The notes beneath the pieces were generated by a model that made no database searches, was not told the origin of the DNA, and was given only the letters and a program-made list of their open reading frames with translations. Shown here piece after piece: positions 33,264-45,622 of a stretch of 64,000 nt of DNA (positions within the stretch are counted from its first letter, which is position 1; every line of letters starts with the position of its first letter). The stretch comes from Macrostomum lignano (taxonomy: Eukaryota), in assembly GCA_002269645.1 (NCBI GenBank), contig NIVC01000023.1, positions 248,001 through 312,000 on the forward strand. The letters are read 5' to 3'. The position numbers and the translations under genes are program-made.

Positions 33264-34306
33264 CTTGTGTCCCTTATGAAGTAGCTATGTACAGTGTTTT
33301 GGAATGACTTTATTTATAGCTTTCTTTGCAACCACGTTGGAGAAGAAGCTTTGGCGTTAGGGTATCTTCCATATATACTGTATCTCTAATATTTGTTTGT
33401 TTGTCCATAATAGTGTACTATCTGTTTCAGGGTACGAGTTTAATGTCGCACAAAACTGGCCTGACTTTCCAAGCACTTAAGGGTTAAGGCTCTTAAGCTG
33501 ATGCTAAGAGCCGAAACAACCAGAACCAGCTTAATGGGGTGGTATATCCATGCTACGCTCTGGAGACTTTAGACAATTTTTTAGATCGAGGCCTTCGATG
33601 GCCTATTATAGAAGATTCCAGCTCATGGCTGCGGGTCAGATGAGAGGAGAGAGAAAATGAAAGAGAATAGAGGGAGAAAGGAGGAGATAAGAAATAAGAC
33701 GAGAGAGAAGAGGGGGAGACTAGAGAGAGATTAGAGAGGAGAGAAACAGAACAGACAAAGAATTTTTCTTGAGCTTCTCAAAGTTCTTTTTCATCGGTAC
33801 AAAACAAGGTTTATCAAGCAGTATGAAGACCCACGTCTAAAAAGAAGCCCGTTCACTGGTGGCAAAAAGACGTGTAAAAAGACGTGTAGACGTGTTACCC
33901 AATAAAATATGTTGTGTCTAATAATATGAGCTACTGCCGGCCTAATATTAATTATAAATAATTTTCATGTCTTAAGACTTCACTTGTGACTTTTTAGAAC
34001 GTTAGAAGGGCTATGTACTCAAAGGAAGCTACGTACTTTGTAATTTTAAAACATTTGTTTCAGGGGAACTTCTGCTTACATGTATTTATAAATTATTTCT
34101 TAGAATTATTTATAAATTCACTTAGAATTATAAGTGATTTTAGACTCTTTCTTAGAAAATTCTAAATTCACTCGATTTCTTAGAAATCTCGTGGTAGCGA
34201 CGATAAGTGCCCGAGCGGTAAGACACTGTCTAACTTCCTAAAATAAGTCCGAAAGTACTGCGTTATACGGGGATCAAGGGTTTCCAGCAGGGTTTCCAGT
34301 TTCCAC

Positions 34307-34548
34307 GACCTCAGTTCTCCCTATTCCAGACTCCAATTCTGGGTCTCTAAGACCTCAGTTCTCCCTATTCCAGACTCCTATTCTGGGTCTCTAAGACCTC
34401 AGTTCTCCCTATTCCAGACTCCTATTCTGGGTCTCTAAGACCTCAGTTCTCCCTATTCCAGACTCCTATTCTGGGTCTCTAAGACCTCAGTTCTCCCTAT
34501 TCCAGACTCCTATTCTGGGTCTCTAAGACCTCAGTTCTCCCTATTCTA
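34307..34548. repeat. 44-bp minisatellite, about 5.5 copies
   Basis: gacctcagttctccctattccagactcctattctgggtctctaa; period 44 (34351, 34395...). Confidence 0.92.
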
Positions 34549-36258
34549 GAAAAGAACTGACAATGTAAGTCTCATTAGTAGAGATTTCGTTTAGGCTAGA
34601 AGACTATAGCTAAGAAAGCATGCAGGTCGGTACTGAAAGTAAAGGTTGAGTTTATTTTGGGCTTAGTGGCGCTGTATATATAGAAATTTGGGAGGGGTAA
34701 AGTGCGCTGCTATTGGATAGTGCTCGTTACAACAAAGATTCGCAAAGATTTAAGCAAGCAAGAATTAAAACAAATGATAATATTCAAACAAAAACCTAGA
34801 AATTAGCTGATTGGTTAAGGTGGATAAAATATATACGAATCTAACTACTAATAGTAATATAGTTAGAAAAGACCCTGCCTCACATTGTAAAATCAATTCG
34901 AACACCCTAGATTTAAACTATGTTTGCAATAGTCTTCCAGTTCACTGCTGCGAGCAGTCAGAATCACAAAAAATAATTAACGCCACTATAAATTACAGCG
35001 TATATTTTCTTTAAAATATTTCTGATGAAAATACAAAAACTGAATAACCATTTTTGCGTTTCGTTAACACATAAACGCGATAACGCTTTCCTTAAGCAAC
35101 GTTCAAAGCGTTGTAAAGCGAACAGTTCAGAAGCGACAGTGTCACTAATAATTTTAATTTAATATAATAAGCCAAAAAATATATTGAATAAGAGACAAGT
35201 AAATATACATTTAAAATCAATCACGACCCTAAGTGTAAAATAACATTATATATAAAGCTTCCGCACTTTCCAAGAAATTGTGACAAATTGTGTAAACTGA
35301 ATCAAAATTCTCTGCTTCGAACCGAAAGAAACTAAACTTTCGGCTGGAGTCGACAGTAAAAAATCGATATTAAATAACACTCGGCGAAGAAAACTGGATA
35401 AATATAGGGATAAAAACGTTTTTAATGTTTTCAGTGGAACAATTATAGCATTAACATCAAGTTGCATTTTAGAATATTACGAGTACATGGAGAGTACTCA
35501 GAGTACTCTCCATATAATAGCTCTCAGGGAAATAACGAGCCCAAAAGTGTACAAAAAACGTCAAAAAACGTGAGCACTTTCTAATAAATTGTAACACTGA
35601 ATAAAAACTTGCTGATCATATTCCAATTAAATCTAACCGACGGTTTGAGTCAAGAGTAAAAAATTGTTATTAAATAAAATTCCATCACAGAAACTGGATA
35701 AATATAGCTCATATATAAATAAAAAGCGCTTGAAAAAATATCAACGTAAAAAAGTGATAGCATTATCGTCAATTTACGGTAGAATATTAATTACATCAAA
35801 AGTAATCAGAGCTCTCCAGTTAATAGCTCTCAGATAAACTACGATAGCCCTACAATCTATAAAAATGGTCACAGAATGATTTCATCGTCTTCTCCTGTTT
35901 CTGATGTTTTGTGATAATGTTTTTTTTTAAATTACCCAATAAAATTATCTGAGTCATTTAATAATTTAATAAACTTTAGCAAGACTACAAAGTTTACTTA
36001 CATGCTTAATTCGTGCGGGTTGCTGGCCTATCTACGAGTATAAGTGTAGGATTATAGAGTTGAGTGACGGTAAATGTTTAGGCAACGCTAGACTCTTTTT
36101 CTCAGACACATTCAATTTAATGGCCATAGCTAGTTCCAATTGGCGTTTTTCAATTTACCAATCTTACTTCTAACCAATAATTAGAAAACAAATTATGTGT
36201 AAAATTAAGGTCAGTTAGGCGTAAACACTTGGTACGAATTTGCTCTTGTTGTCCTTGT

Positions 36259-36621
36259 TTAGTTTTTCCTTTCGAAACGTCGCAGTCGAGCATTTCTGGC
36301 TTGCGTTGCTTGGAACCGAAGCTTGGCTTCTTTCCACAGCTTCTGCCTCTCGTCCTGCAGCTCACAGAAATCCTTCGCGTGCTTCGCTCCCCATCTGAAT
36401 GCGAAATTCAATTCAAGAAGTGAGGCGACCTTGTCGGTGTCGCTGTTGCTCTCCAGGAAGAGGAGCAGCCGTGCAATCTGCTCCTCGGAGAATCCGACTC
36501 GCTCATCGGCCACCTGTCTCTTGTGCCAGTAGAGTTTCACATTCCTGACGTCGGATAGGCTGCCAATGTTTTGGCCGAGATGCTTCCGCTTGGCGTCGAT
36601 CAGGGAGAGGCCGGATGTTTC
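36259..36621 (-). CDS. Exon 2 (terminal) of the same gene
   Basis: attccag|GAAACA after a 117-bp intron; 121 codons in frame with ORF 36259-36540; the same intron is present in the paralogue (52557-52674). Confidence 0.8.
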   Translation of the reverse strand, partial: ETSGLSLIDAKRKHLGQNIGSLSDVRNVKLYWHKRQVADERVGFSEEQIARLLLFLESNSDTDKVASLLELNFAFRWGAKHAKDFCELQDERQKLWKEAKLRFQATQARNARLRRFERKN

Positions 36622-36738
36622 CTGGAATCGTAGTTTACGTCAGTTGAAGCGTCATTCACTATATCAGAATAAAAATATTCAGCAAAGATAATCGCTACTT
36701 CACTTTAACAAGTTAATAATTGGTTTATCCAACCTTAC

Positions 36739-39700
36739 CTGCAGATTCCATAGGAAAATCAGAGTTTGGAACTTCAGCTCAGCACCGTCTTGATCCTTGA
36801 ACCTGTTAAGGTCAAGAACCAGTTTCACTGCCGTCTCGACAGCTTCCGAGCTGATGGCTGCTTTTGCATACTCGGTCTTGTCCTCAGTCCTCAGCTTCTT
36901 GTAGAACAGCCGCAGAAACTCGAGCGACAAATCGCCGTCGCTGTCGCAGCACCGGAAGTAGACAGCGCTGAGCTTGTTGTACAGCATGAGAGCGGCAGAC
37001 GCGCTGCGGTAGCATCCGGCAAAGGGTTCCTTGGTCTCCGTTTTGCTCGGCAAGCAGCGGGACAGCTGATCAATAGCGTGAGCGCGAACTCCTCCGATTT
37101 GCTGAGCAAAAATCGCGAGAGACAATTTTTTATATTCTTCCTCTTCACTGCTCAGCAGCAGCTCGGTAAGAACATGGGAGAATATGGTTGTTGGAGTGTC
37201 GCTGTCCTTGATGGCGCGTTTCAGCAAAGTGTCCAGAATCGGCTGAAGACAGTCGTTGCGCAGAAGGAGAAGCTGAAGCTCTCCGAACTGTTGCTTCTCA
37301 AGCAGTCGCTGCTCTTGTCGGCGCATTGTGTTCATGTCCTGAACTTTCTCTTCTTGTTGCTGCTGTTGTTTTTCACCTTCATTTCTCATCCGGTGTTCCT
37401 CATGCATTGCCTGAGCCGCCAGTCCAAGGACAGCTCGGTATGAGAGTAGGTCAAGAAAGTTGCGCAACTGGTAGACAATGAAGTCTCGGAGCTCCGGAAT
37501 ATTAATAATAATTTTTGACAGGTTCGTCTCCTTGAGTTGCAGCATGCAGTGAATTATGTGAGCCTGCTCCCCAAGACAGTCAGGGTCCGGGTCATTGCGA
37601 CACAATTTCTCCCTGAAGATCTGATAGGTATCTGGTGATTCGTCATTCCGAAGCTCCAGTATCTGTCGCGCCGTTCGCGTTCCAATCTCGTAGAAAAGGC
37701 GGTTGAAAAAGGCTTCTGTGATTCGCTGCCACCTCTTCTGAGTCTCCGTGCCCTTCATCCCGACAGCTTGCATTGTTAGGTGGTCCGGGTCGCATCGATT
37801 TTTTTTCTGAATCACTTCCTTATATTTTGTGATGAATGCATCTTCAGATACAGTTTCACCAGCGCGTTCAAATGCATTGAGCGCCAGCTTCTCCGCAAGC
37901 TCCTTGGCGTCGAAGGACACCTCGCACAAGAGTTTCTCAAAATTAACCTCGCTCTGAGGAAGTTGATATTTTCCAGTAAAGTCGTTGGCGTATGTGCTCA
38001 TGGGAAATCTAACATCATTCTCAACCATATTCCTCAGTGTGAGCAGTATGTAGCGGCGCATCGTGCTGGACTCTGGGAAAAATCGATTGGATGCCAGACA
38101 GCGGATCGCGATGCCCACCACACCGTGTCGCGCCAGAGACAGCTTGTAGCCAAAGTCGGCGGCTCGGGCTAAAAACATCCAAGCACCATCAAACATTGTG
38201 CAGACGGCTTCGTCAGTGAGGAGGCTCAGAGCAGAGGATTCATTGATCGCTAATCTGACAAAGAGGAACTCCAGCATCGGATCCTCGCACCAGATAAGAA
38301 CGGTGTAGCCTCTTAGACTGGTTTCCAAGCAGCGATTTTTCAGTTCCACCTCACTGGGATTAGAGATGCTGAGTCCCGTCCTGAGAATGACTTCCGCGAA
38401 TTTGAGGATGCATTGGAACGGAGTAGTCGGATCTCGCATGTCCTCGGCAGACTGCTGAAACTCTTCTGTCTTCGCGTGGCACCAATCCTGCGCTTCTTTT
38501 AACCTGCTGTGTAGGTCGTGATGCGGATTTTTTTTTGCAGAATACTTCTGGAGCTCCGTTACAAGTTTGTGGAATTGCGCTAAACGCTCTTCTACAGGAC
38601 TTTGTGGTTTTTGTTTCACATTGCGCTCGTTGGCGTGCTTGAGTAGCGTAGCTTGCAGCTCTTCGTTCTCACTCAGCTCGCTCCAGACCTGCGGCCAGTG
38701 GACAGTAAGTTCTGGCAGATATTCGTTGGGAAATGACGCCAAGTGAGCTTTCGATTGCTGAATGGCCTCCTTGATTGCCTCTCGCTGCTTTGAAAGTTTC
38801 TCATTTGTTTTGACTGAGATCCCACCTTGATCGGGATAATACTTCAGCGGGTGGAACTTTCTGACGGGAAAGAGCTGCATCAGCTTCTTGTCTTCTCCGA
38901 CATCATCCTGGCTAGAGTCCGATTCCACCGTAGTGGATTTGAGCAGAATGGTTTCATCCCAAGCGTCTGCGTAGAGCGCTATGAGTTTACTCTTCTTCGC
39001 GCGGAGCACCACGCTGAGCTGTGCTGGACCTCCACGTTGGAGAAACTTGTCAACATTGCAGGCGAGAAATTTCATCTTGGCGTAAATGAACTGCTTTGTG
39101 ATACTCTGCGAGTCCACTTCCAAAAGGCCTGGATCAATCGAGCAGTGCAGGATGAAGTGGGTGGATGCAGCAAAGCCGAAGAGGTCCAACAAGAAGTTTC
39201 CAGCTGGACAGAAGCCTTGCTCGAGTTTTTCCTCTTCTGTGCAGTCGCTGCTGTCCAGAGCACCGCTGATGTTGTCGATATTGTCACAAATGTCCAGAAA
39301 CACGACTTTCTCCTTCTCCAATACGTACATGACCACTCCGACCTTGAACAGGGTTGCAGCAATCTGGTTCTCCGTGAACTGATAGCCGAAGCCCATGATC
39401 TGGTCGTGGATAAATGTGGTGGTTCCACTCCGCATGGACCCACTGACCGCAATCACCTTGAGCCCTTGGGGCAGCTGCCACTCAGCTGGATCTCCCATTT
39501 TGTACTTTTGATCCTTTTCGTCCCACAGAATCAGAGGGACCACTCTGCACAGATTCAACGAAGTGGCGGAGTCGGCAGGTTTCTGAACTGAGAAATTTTC
39601 AACTGACGCCTCTTTGTGCGGATGAAATTTTTCGTCTGGATCGTTTTGAAACTGCTTAGGTGTGTCCTTTTCGTCCTTTTCTGTCTCTTGGTTATCAGAG

Positions 39701-42700
39701 TCAGCAGTGTTCATTCCAGAGGGTTGCAAGTCAGCATTTCGTGATTCTCCCCCGATGGCTCCAGAGCTCCGTTTGGCAGCATCACTTGCTGTCCTCGAAG
39801 TGGCAGTCTCGAATGTTTTAGGCGACGGCATGTGCGCCAACTGCTTGGCTTCGTCCGCTTCTCGTTTACGTTGCGCTTTGTACTGTAAGAGCTCCATGAT
39901 GGAGCTGAATATGCGAGGCGCCGTCTCTTTCTTGATAGGTTTCTGAGATTGCTTGCTTCTTACATGCACATTTAGAGCAGCTGGTGGTGGTGGAGGAGGC
40001 GGCGGTGCGAACGTGTCACAAGTTACTCCTTCGGGAATACGAGAGCGATCTGTATTTAAAGTGCCACTTTTGCTTGTGGCAAAAGATGCTGAGGCATGCA
40101 ATGAGGTGTCTGTGCCCAAAATGTAGGCGTTAAAACTTTCAGGATGCACATCACTACCAGTTTCCGACATTGGTACTGTTGATTGATGTTTCGGATCGCC
40201 GGTTTCTTTGAGCGATCCTCTATGCGGCTCGCCGGTTTCTTTAGATGAATCTGGATTTTCAGCACGACCAGTCTCCGGCATTGATAGCGGATTTAGTTTA
40301 GGTAGGGGTTGCAGTGGCGCATTTTCTTGCGTTGCGGGTTGCAGTGCTTGATGTCCTGAGAATGTGGGTTGCAGAGCTGGATGTCCTGAGGGTGTGGGTT
40401 GCAGAGCTGGATGTCCTGAGGGTGTGGGTTGCAGAGCTGGATGTCCTGAGGGTGTGGGTTGCAGTGCTGGATGTCCTGAGGGTGTGGGTTGCAGTGCTGG
40501 ATGTCCTGAGAATGTGGGTTGCAGAGCTGGATGTCCTGAGGGTGTGGGTTGCAGTGCTGGATGTCCTGAGGGTGTGGGTTGCAGAGCTGGATGTCCTGAG
40601 GGTGTGGGTTGCAGAGCTGGATGTCCTGAGGGTGTGGGTTGCAGAGCTGGATGTCCTGAGGGTGTGGGTTGCAGTGCTGGATGTCCTGAGAATGTGGGTT
40701 GCAGAGCTGGATGTCCTGAGGGTGTGGGTTGCAGAGCTGGATGTCCTGAGGGTGTGGGTTGCAGTGCTGGATGTCCTGAGGGTGTGGGTTGCAGTGCTGG
40801 ATGTCCTAAGGGTGTGGGTTGCAGTGCTGGATGTCCTGAGGGTGTGGGTTGCAGTGCTGGATGTCCTGAGAATGTGGGTTGCAGAGCTGGATGTCCTGAG
40901 GGTGTGGGTTGCAGTGCTGGATGTCCTGAGGGTGTGGGTTGCAGTGCTGGATGTCCTGAGGGTGTTGGTTGCAGTGCTGGATGTCCTGAGGGTGTTGGTT
41001 GCAGTGCTGGATGTCCTGAGGGTGTGGGTTGCAGTGCTGGATGTCCTGAGGGTGTGGGTTGCAGAGCTGGATGTCCTGAGGGTGTGGGTTGCAGTGCTGG
41101 ATGCCCTGAGGGTGTGGGTTGCAGTGCTGGATGTCCTGAGAATGTGGGTTGCAGAGCTGGATGTCCTGAGGGTGTGGGTTGCAGAGCTGGATGTCCTGAG
41201 GGTGTGGGTTGCAGTGCTGGATGTCCTGAGGGTGTGGGTTGCAGTGCTGGATGTCCTGAGGGTGTGGGTTGCAGTGCTGGATGTCCTAAGGGTGTGGGTT
41301 GCAGTGCTGGATGTCCTGAGGGTGTGGGTTGCAGTGCTGGATGTCCTGAGAATGTGGGTTGCAGAGCTGGATGTCTTGAGGGTGTGGGTTGCAGTGCTGG
41401 ATGTCCTGAGGGTGTGGGTTGCAGTGCTGGATGTCCTGAGGGTGTTGGTTGCAGTGCTGGATGTCCTGAGGGTGTGGGTTGCAGTGCTGGATGTCCTGAG
41501 GGTGTGGGTTGCAGTGCTGGATGTCCTGAGGGTGTGGGTTGCAGTGCTGGATGTCCTAAGGGTGTGGGTTGCAGTGCTGGATGTCCTGAGGGTGTGGGTT
41601 GCAGTGCTGGATGTCCTAAGGGTGTGGGTTGCAGTGCTGGATGTCCTGAGGGTGTGGGTTGCAGTGCTGGATGTCCTGAGAATGTGGGTTGCAGAGCTGG
41701 ATGTCCTGAGGGTGTGGGTTGCAGTGCTGGATGTCCTGAGGGTGTGGGTTGCAGTGCTGGATGTCCTGAGGGTGTTGGTTGCAGTGCTGGATGTCCTGAG
41801 GGTGTGGGTTGCAGTGCTGGATGTCCTGAGGGTGTGGGTTGCAGAGCTGGATGTCCTGAGGGTGTGGGTTGCAGTGCTGGATGTCCTAAGGGTGTGGGTT
41901 GCAGTGCTGGATGTCCTGAGGGTGTGGGTTGCAGAGCTGGATGTCCTGAGGGTGTGGGTTGCAGTGCTGGATGTCCTGAGGGTGTGGGTTGCAGTGCTGG
42001 ATGTCCTGAGGGTGTGGGTTGCAGTGCTGGATGTCCTGAGGGTGTGGGTTGCAGTGCTGGATGTCCTGAGAATGTGGGTTGCAGTGCTGGATGTCCTAAG
42101 GGTGTGGGTTGCAGTGCTGGATGTCCTGAGGGTGTGGGTTGCAGTGCTGGATGTCCTGAGGGTGTGGGTTGTAGTGGCGGATATTTTGGCGTTGGGGGTG
42201 TCGGTGGCGGATTTCCTGGTGGCGATGAAGTGTCTGTTGCAAGAAATTTTGAACGGAGAAGGTGATCAGTGTGAATATTTTGTTGTTGCCGTGCTGCTGA
42301 AGTGGTACCCTCCCCAGCCATATCCGTCTGTTTGATTGCATCCGCTTTGCCATTGTTGGCATCTTTCGGTACTGCTTCTTTATTATCCAGTTGTTTATTT
42401 TCTTGAGTCGCTTTCGCCGTTGCCGATCTGGACTGTTTGTTTGACTTTTGTGTGCTTTCTTGTTTCTGGGTTGATGTTTCTCGTTTATTTTCTGGAGCAG
42501 TCTTTGCCGTTGCCGATCTGGACTGTTTGTTTGACTTTTGTGTGCTTTCTTGTTTCTGGGTTGATGTTTCTCGTTTATTTTCTGGAGCAGTCTTTGCCGT
42601 TGCCGATCTGGACTGTTTGTTTGACTTTTGTGTGCTTTCTTGTTTCTGGGTTGATGTTTCTCGTTTATTTTCTGGAGTCTTCTCTGCTGCTACATCCTGC

Positions 42701-43485
42701 TTTTTTCCATCGGTGGTGTGGTTATCTTTTGAGGCTTCCGGATTACCCTCTTTGACCAACTCACAGGGCTGTTGCTGCTGTCTACTGGCCCGCAAATACC
42801 GGGCTCCAGTGATGGCCAGATCGCCTGCCATTGAGCAAAGAAGAAGAGATTGATCTATTTCACCGGTGAACGCCAACTGTCCAACGATATTTGATGCAGC
42901 GTGAGAAAAGAGTTCCGGGACGCTTGAGCTTAACCATCGGATTGCAGCAGCTGTGCCGCCCATTTGATTCAGCACAATGCTTTCAAGACGATCAGTGATA
43001 AATCGCTGGATTTGCGGTCCAATTTCTGGATGTTCGAGAGCGACAGGAACGATAGAAGCGAGGGCAGACGAGAAGACAGCGCGAAGAAGGTTTTCGTGCC
43101 AGGCCATGCCTCGCGCGAGATTTATAACAGCGTTAGCAATGGCACCTGTGATAGCACCTGCTGCACCCCGTATCAATACATTCGTAGCAAAGGCGCTGAT
43201 ACCCCATGCTTCCAACGCAGGAGTCAAACTGACAGTCGCAGCAGAGGCAGCAATAGAAAAAAGACCACTGACTAAACCGATCGCGGCACCTACGCCAACC
43301 TCCTTCCAGAACTGTTTCCAATCCAGATTCCTCCAAGCGCCGTAGAGAGCAGTTACGCCCGCACTGGTCAGTCCAGAGATGATGACGCTGACAGGTAATA
43401 TAACGGGCACAAAAATTGTCAATGCAGCCGCCGCCAGAAGACAGGCTGCGCCGAACAGAAATTTAAAAAATCGTCCCCAGCTCAT
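36739..43485 (-). CDS. Exon 1 (6.75 kb) of a large orphan-like protein: hydrophobic Gly/Ala N-terminus, Q/K/S repeat, Pro-rich repeat, degenerate GBP/atlastin-like domain, helical region
   Basis: 2301-aa ORF; likely start MSWGRFF (ATG at 43485); donor CTGCAG|gtaagg at 36739; conserved in the paralogue. Confidence 0.85.
40335..42172 (-). repeat. Coding 30-bp tandem repeat, about 61 x HPALQPTPSG
   Basis: ggatgtcctgagggtgtgggttgcagtgct on the + strand; variants TFSG, TPLG. Confidence 0.97.
42400..42690 (-). repeat. Coding 90-bp repeat x about 3 (TAPENKRETSTQKQESTQKSNKQSRSATAK)
   Basis: Period 90 (42421, 42511, 42601). Confidence 0.95.
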
Positions 43486-43802
43486 CTTTAGTTTTATGCT
43501 CTGCAATGTTTTGTGTAAAATTGTTCTCTTCGTTACGTGGCTACGAAATTTGGTTGGGTGCAAGGTGCACGAGATAATAGTAGATTGTGTATATGGTTTT
43601 GTCATAAAAATGATTCATTTTTGTCAACCGTAGTAAAAAAATTTTATGTCTTCCTCCAAAACGATATACGTAAGTACACGAGTGCTTCACGAATTTAAAA
43701 TATTTTTCGTAGTCGTACGCAATATTTTCGAAGCGTTAAATAATAAGCATAAGAGCGTCAGACAAGATGACGCAGTAGCTAGGCTATTGCTGTGAACTTT
43801 TT

Positions 43803-45622
43803 ATCAAAATATCTAAGTAGTAGGCAAGACAGGACTTCTGGTGCAAAATTGTCAAAAAATGGCCTTTCCCCCTTAGATCAACATCTACTAAAATCTATTG
43901 ACACACAATGCGCTTACATCTAAAATCAGCTATCACAATACAATACCTACTGTTGTGTAGCCAAGGCTTGAAGTTTCCAGTTGAGTTGAACAGTAAAGTG
44001 CTAGGTGCGCACAGTTGCTTTATTTATATTTTTGTTATTCAAGAAAAACTAAATGATCGATATTTTAACTACACTAGAAAAACTGCACGATCGATAAATT
44101 AAAGAGCTAGAGACATCACGTGATTAATAATACATTAGACAGATAATTTATCAACTACTCTAATTAAAGTGGCAGTATAAGTAAAAGACAATAGCAATAT
44201 AGTTAGCATTTACGTTATAGTAGAAATATTAGCGTAACAGTTTTCAATCATAAGTTTGAACACAACACCTACAACTGTTCATCTGAGGGGAGAAGGTGCA
44301 AAACAACGGCCTCTTTTAAAAATTATATAGCTTAAAACATTCGCATCTCAAGACCAACTCTCAAGACCAACTGGTCATTCCAACTGGTCTGGTCGCATTG
44401 CTGGTCTCGGCTACAGAGAAAAATCTCTGTCCCTCCCTATGCACACTGGTTGCCTTTCTGCGCACCATGCTTCTGTCACTAGACTATTTTTAACACAGGA
44501 CAGAGTTCAGCATCACATTCTCTCGATCACAATTGATAACGCGAACTCTTCACTATTAAAATCCAATCCATCTTCATCTTCTGTTTGACAGTTAAAATAC
44601 TTGTTTATGAAGAAAAAATACTTATTAATTGTTAACAAGAGATTCGAGAGATTGTCTCGAGCTTCTTCTGTTGCTTCTTGCTGAAGGAGCTCATCATAGA
44701 ATGCGTCAAGCAGCTTCACGCACTCTTCGTGTGCTGCAGTGGCTGCATCGCACGCTTGCTGGATCGTTCCATGATCGGTGTCACTTTGTAGCAACAGTAC
44801 AAGACGCTTTCGACCGGAATATTCAGCCTTCTCGTGGTTTCTTCTGTTGTTACACGAAATTTTGATTTGTAGGTTGCGAGTGCCCCGCCTGTTTTTTTCT
44901 TCGCCAGACTCCCCAGAGCTTTTATATCGGCGATGAAAAAATTCAGCGTTTCAAATTGGTGGTGCATACCCACCTCGTCATCTTCCACATCGGCCGTGCA
45001 CAACACTCTGGCTATTTTTTTAACTACTTTTTTTAAACAGTCAGTTTTTTAGCTGACCGTTAAGCTTTGGAGGCCAATATCATATCTATTAGCGCGAGAA
45101 TTAGAGCGAGGTGAGGTGAGGCGAGGCTAGATTGGTTGTGTATACGCTCGTATATCTTTGGTCTCTCTCTGCCTGGCAAGTCCACGATATTTCCACGGCA
45201 ATCCTGTGGAATTTTACCGGTTGAACATGGAACTTCTCTTTGATAGGCAAACCCATGGAATTGCCGTGGAAATATCGTGAATTAACCTTCTGAATATGGA
45301 ACTTCTCTAGGCAAACCCATGGACTTCCAGTGGAAATAACGTGAATTAACCGTCTGAATATGGAGCTCTCTCTGCTAGGCAAACCCATGGAATAGTCGTG
45401 GAAATATCGTGAATTAACCGTCAAACAGCGTACCTAAAACTGTAAACGTTACACCTCTTAGATGAACAGTTGTAGGTATTGCATTGTGATAGCTGATTTT
45501 AGATGTAAGCACATTGTGTGTCAATAGATTTTAATAGATGTTAATCTAAGGGGAAAGGCTATTTTTTGACATTTTTGCACCAGAACTCCTCTCTTGCCTA
45601 GCTACTACTTATATCTTTGATC
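43803..45622. mobile_element. Foldback/MITE-like element with about 150-bp imperfect terminal inverted repeats
   Basis: 43803-43950 is the reverse complement of ~45472-45622 (roughly 90% by eye); acctacaactgttcatct at 44267 is also inverted at ~45460; internal ~63-bp sub-repeats at 45240-45420. Confidence 0.65.

Larger units (their letters stand above)
23617..33949. mobile_element. Unclassified non-autonomous element with 54-bp terminal direct repeats and internal 13-bp inverted repeats; hosts Gypsy-B
   Basis: tacccaataaaatatg...ggcctaatatt at 23617-23670 and 33896-33949; ccaccagtgaacg (23672-84) / cgttcactggtgg (33850-62); absent from the paralogous site at ~51055. Confidence 0.55.

Noticed and set aside
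40314-42335. 673-aa and 633-aa plus-strand ORFs (VWVAVLDVLR / GCSAGCPEGV repeats)
   Set aside because: Antisense shadows of the stop-free 30-bp coding repeat; they start and end with the array
43486-43605. 40-aa N-terminal extension of the giant ORF
   Set aside because: AT-rich, low coding-like composition; the protein-like sequence starts at MSWGRFF, though the true start needs TSS data
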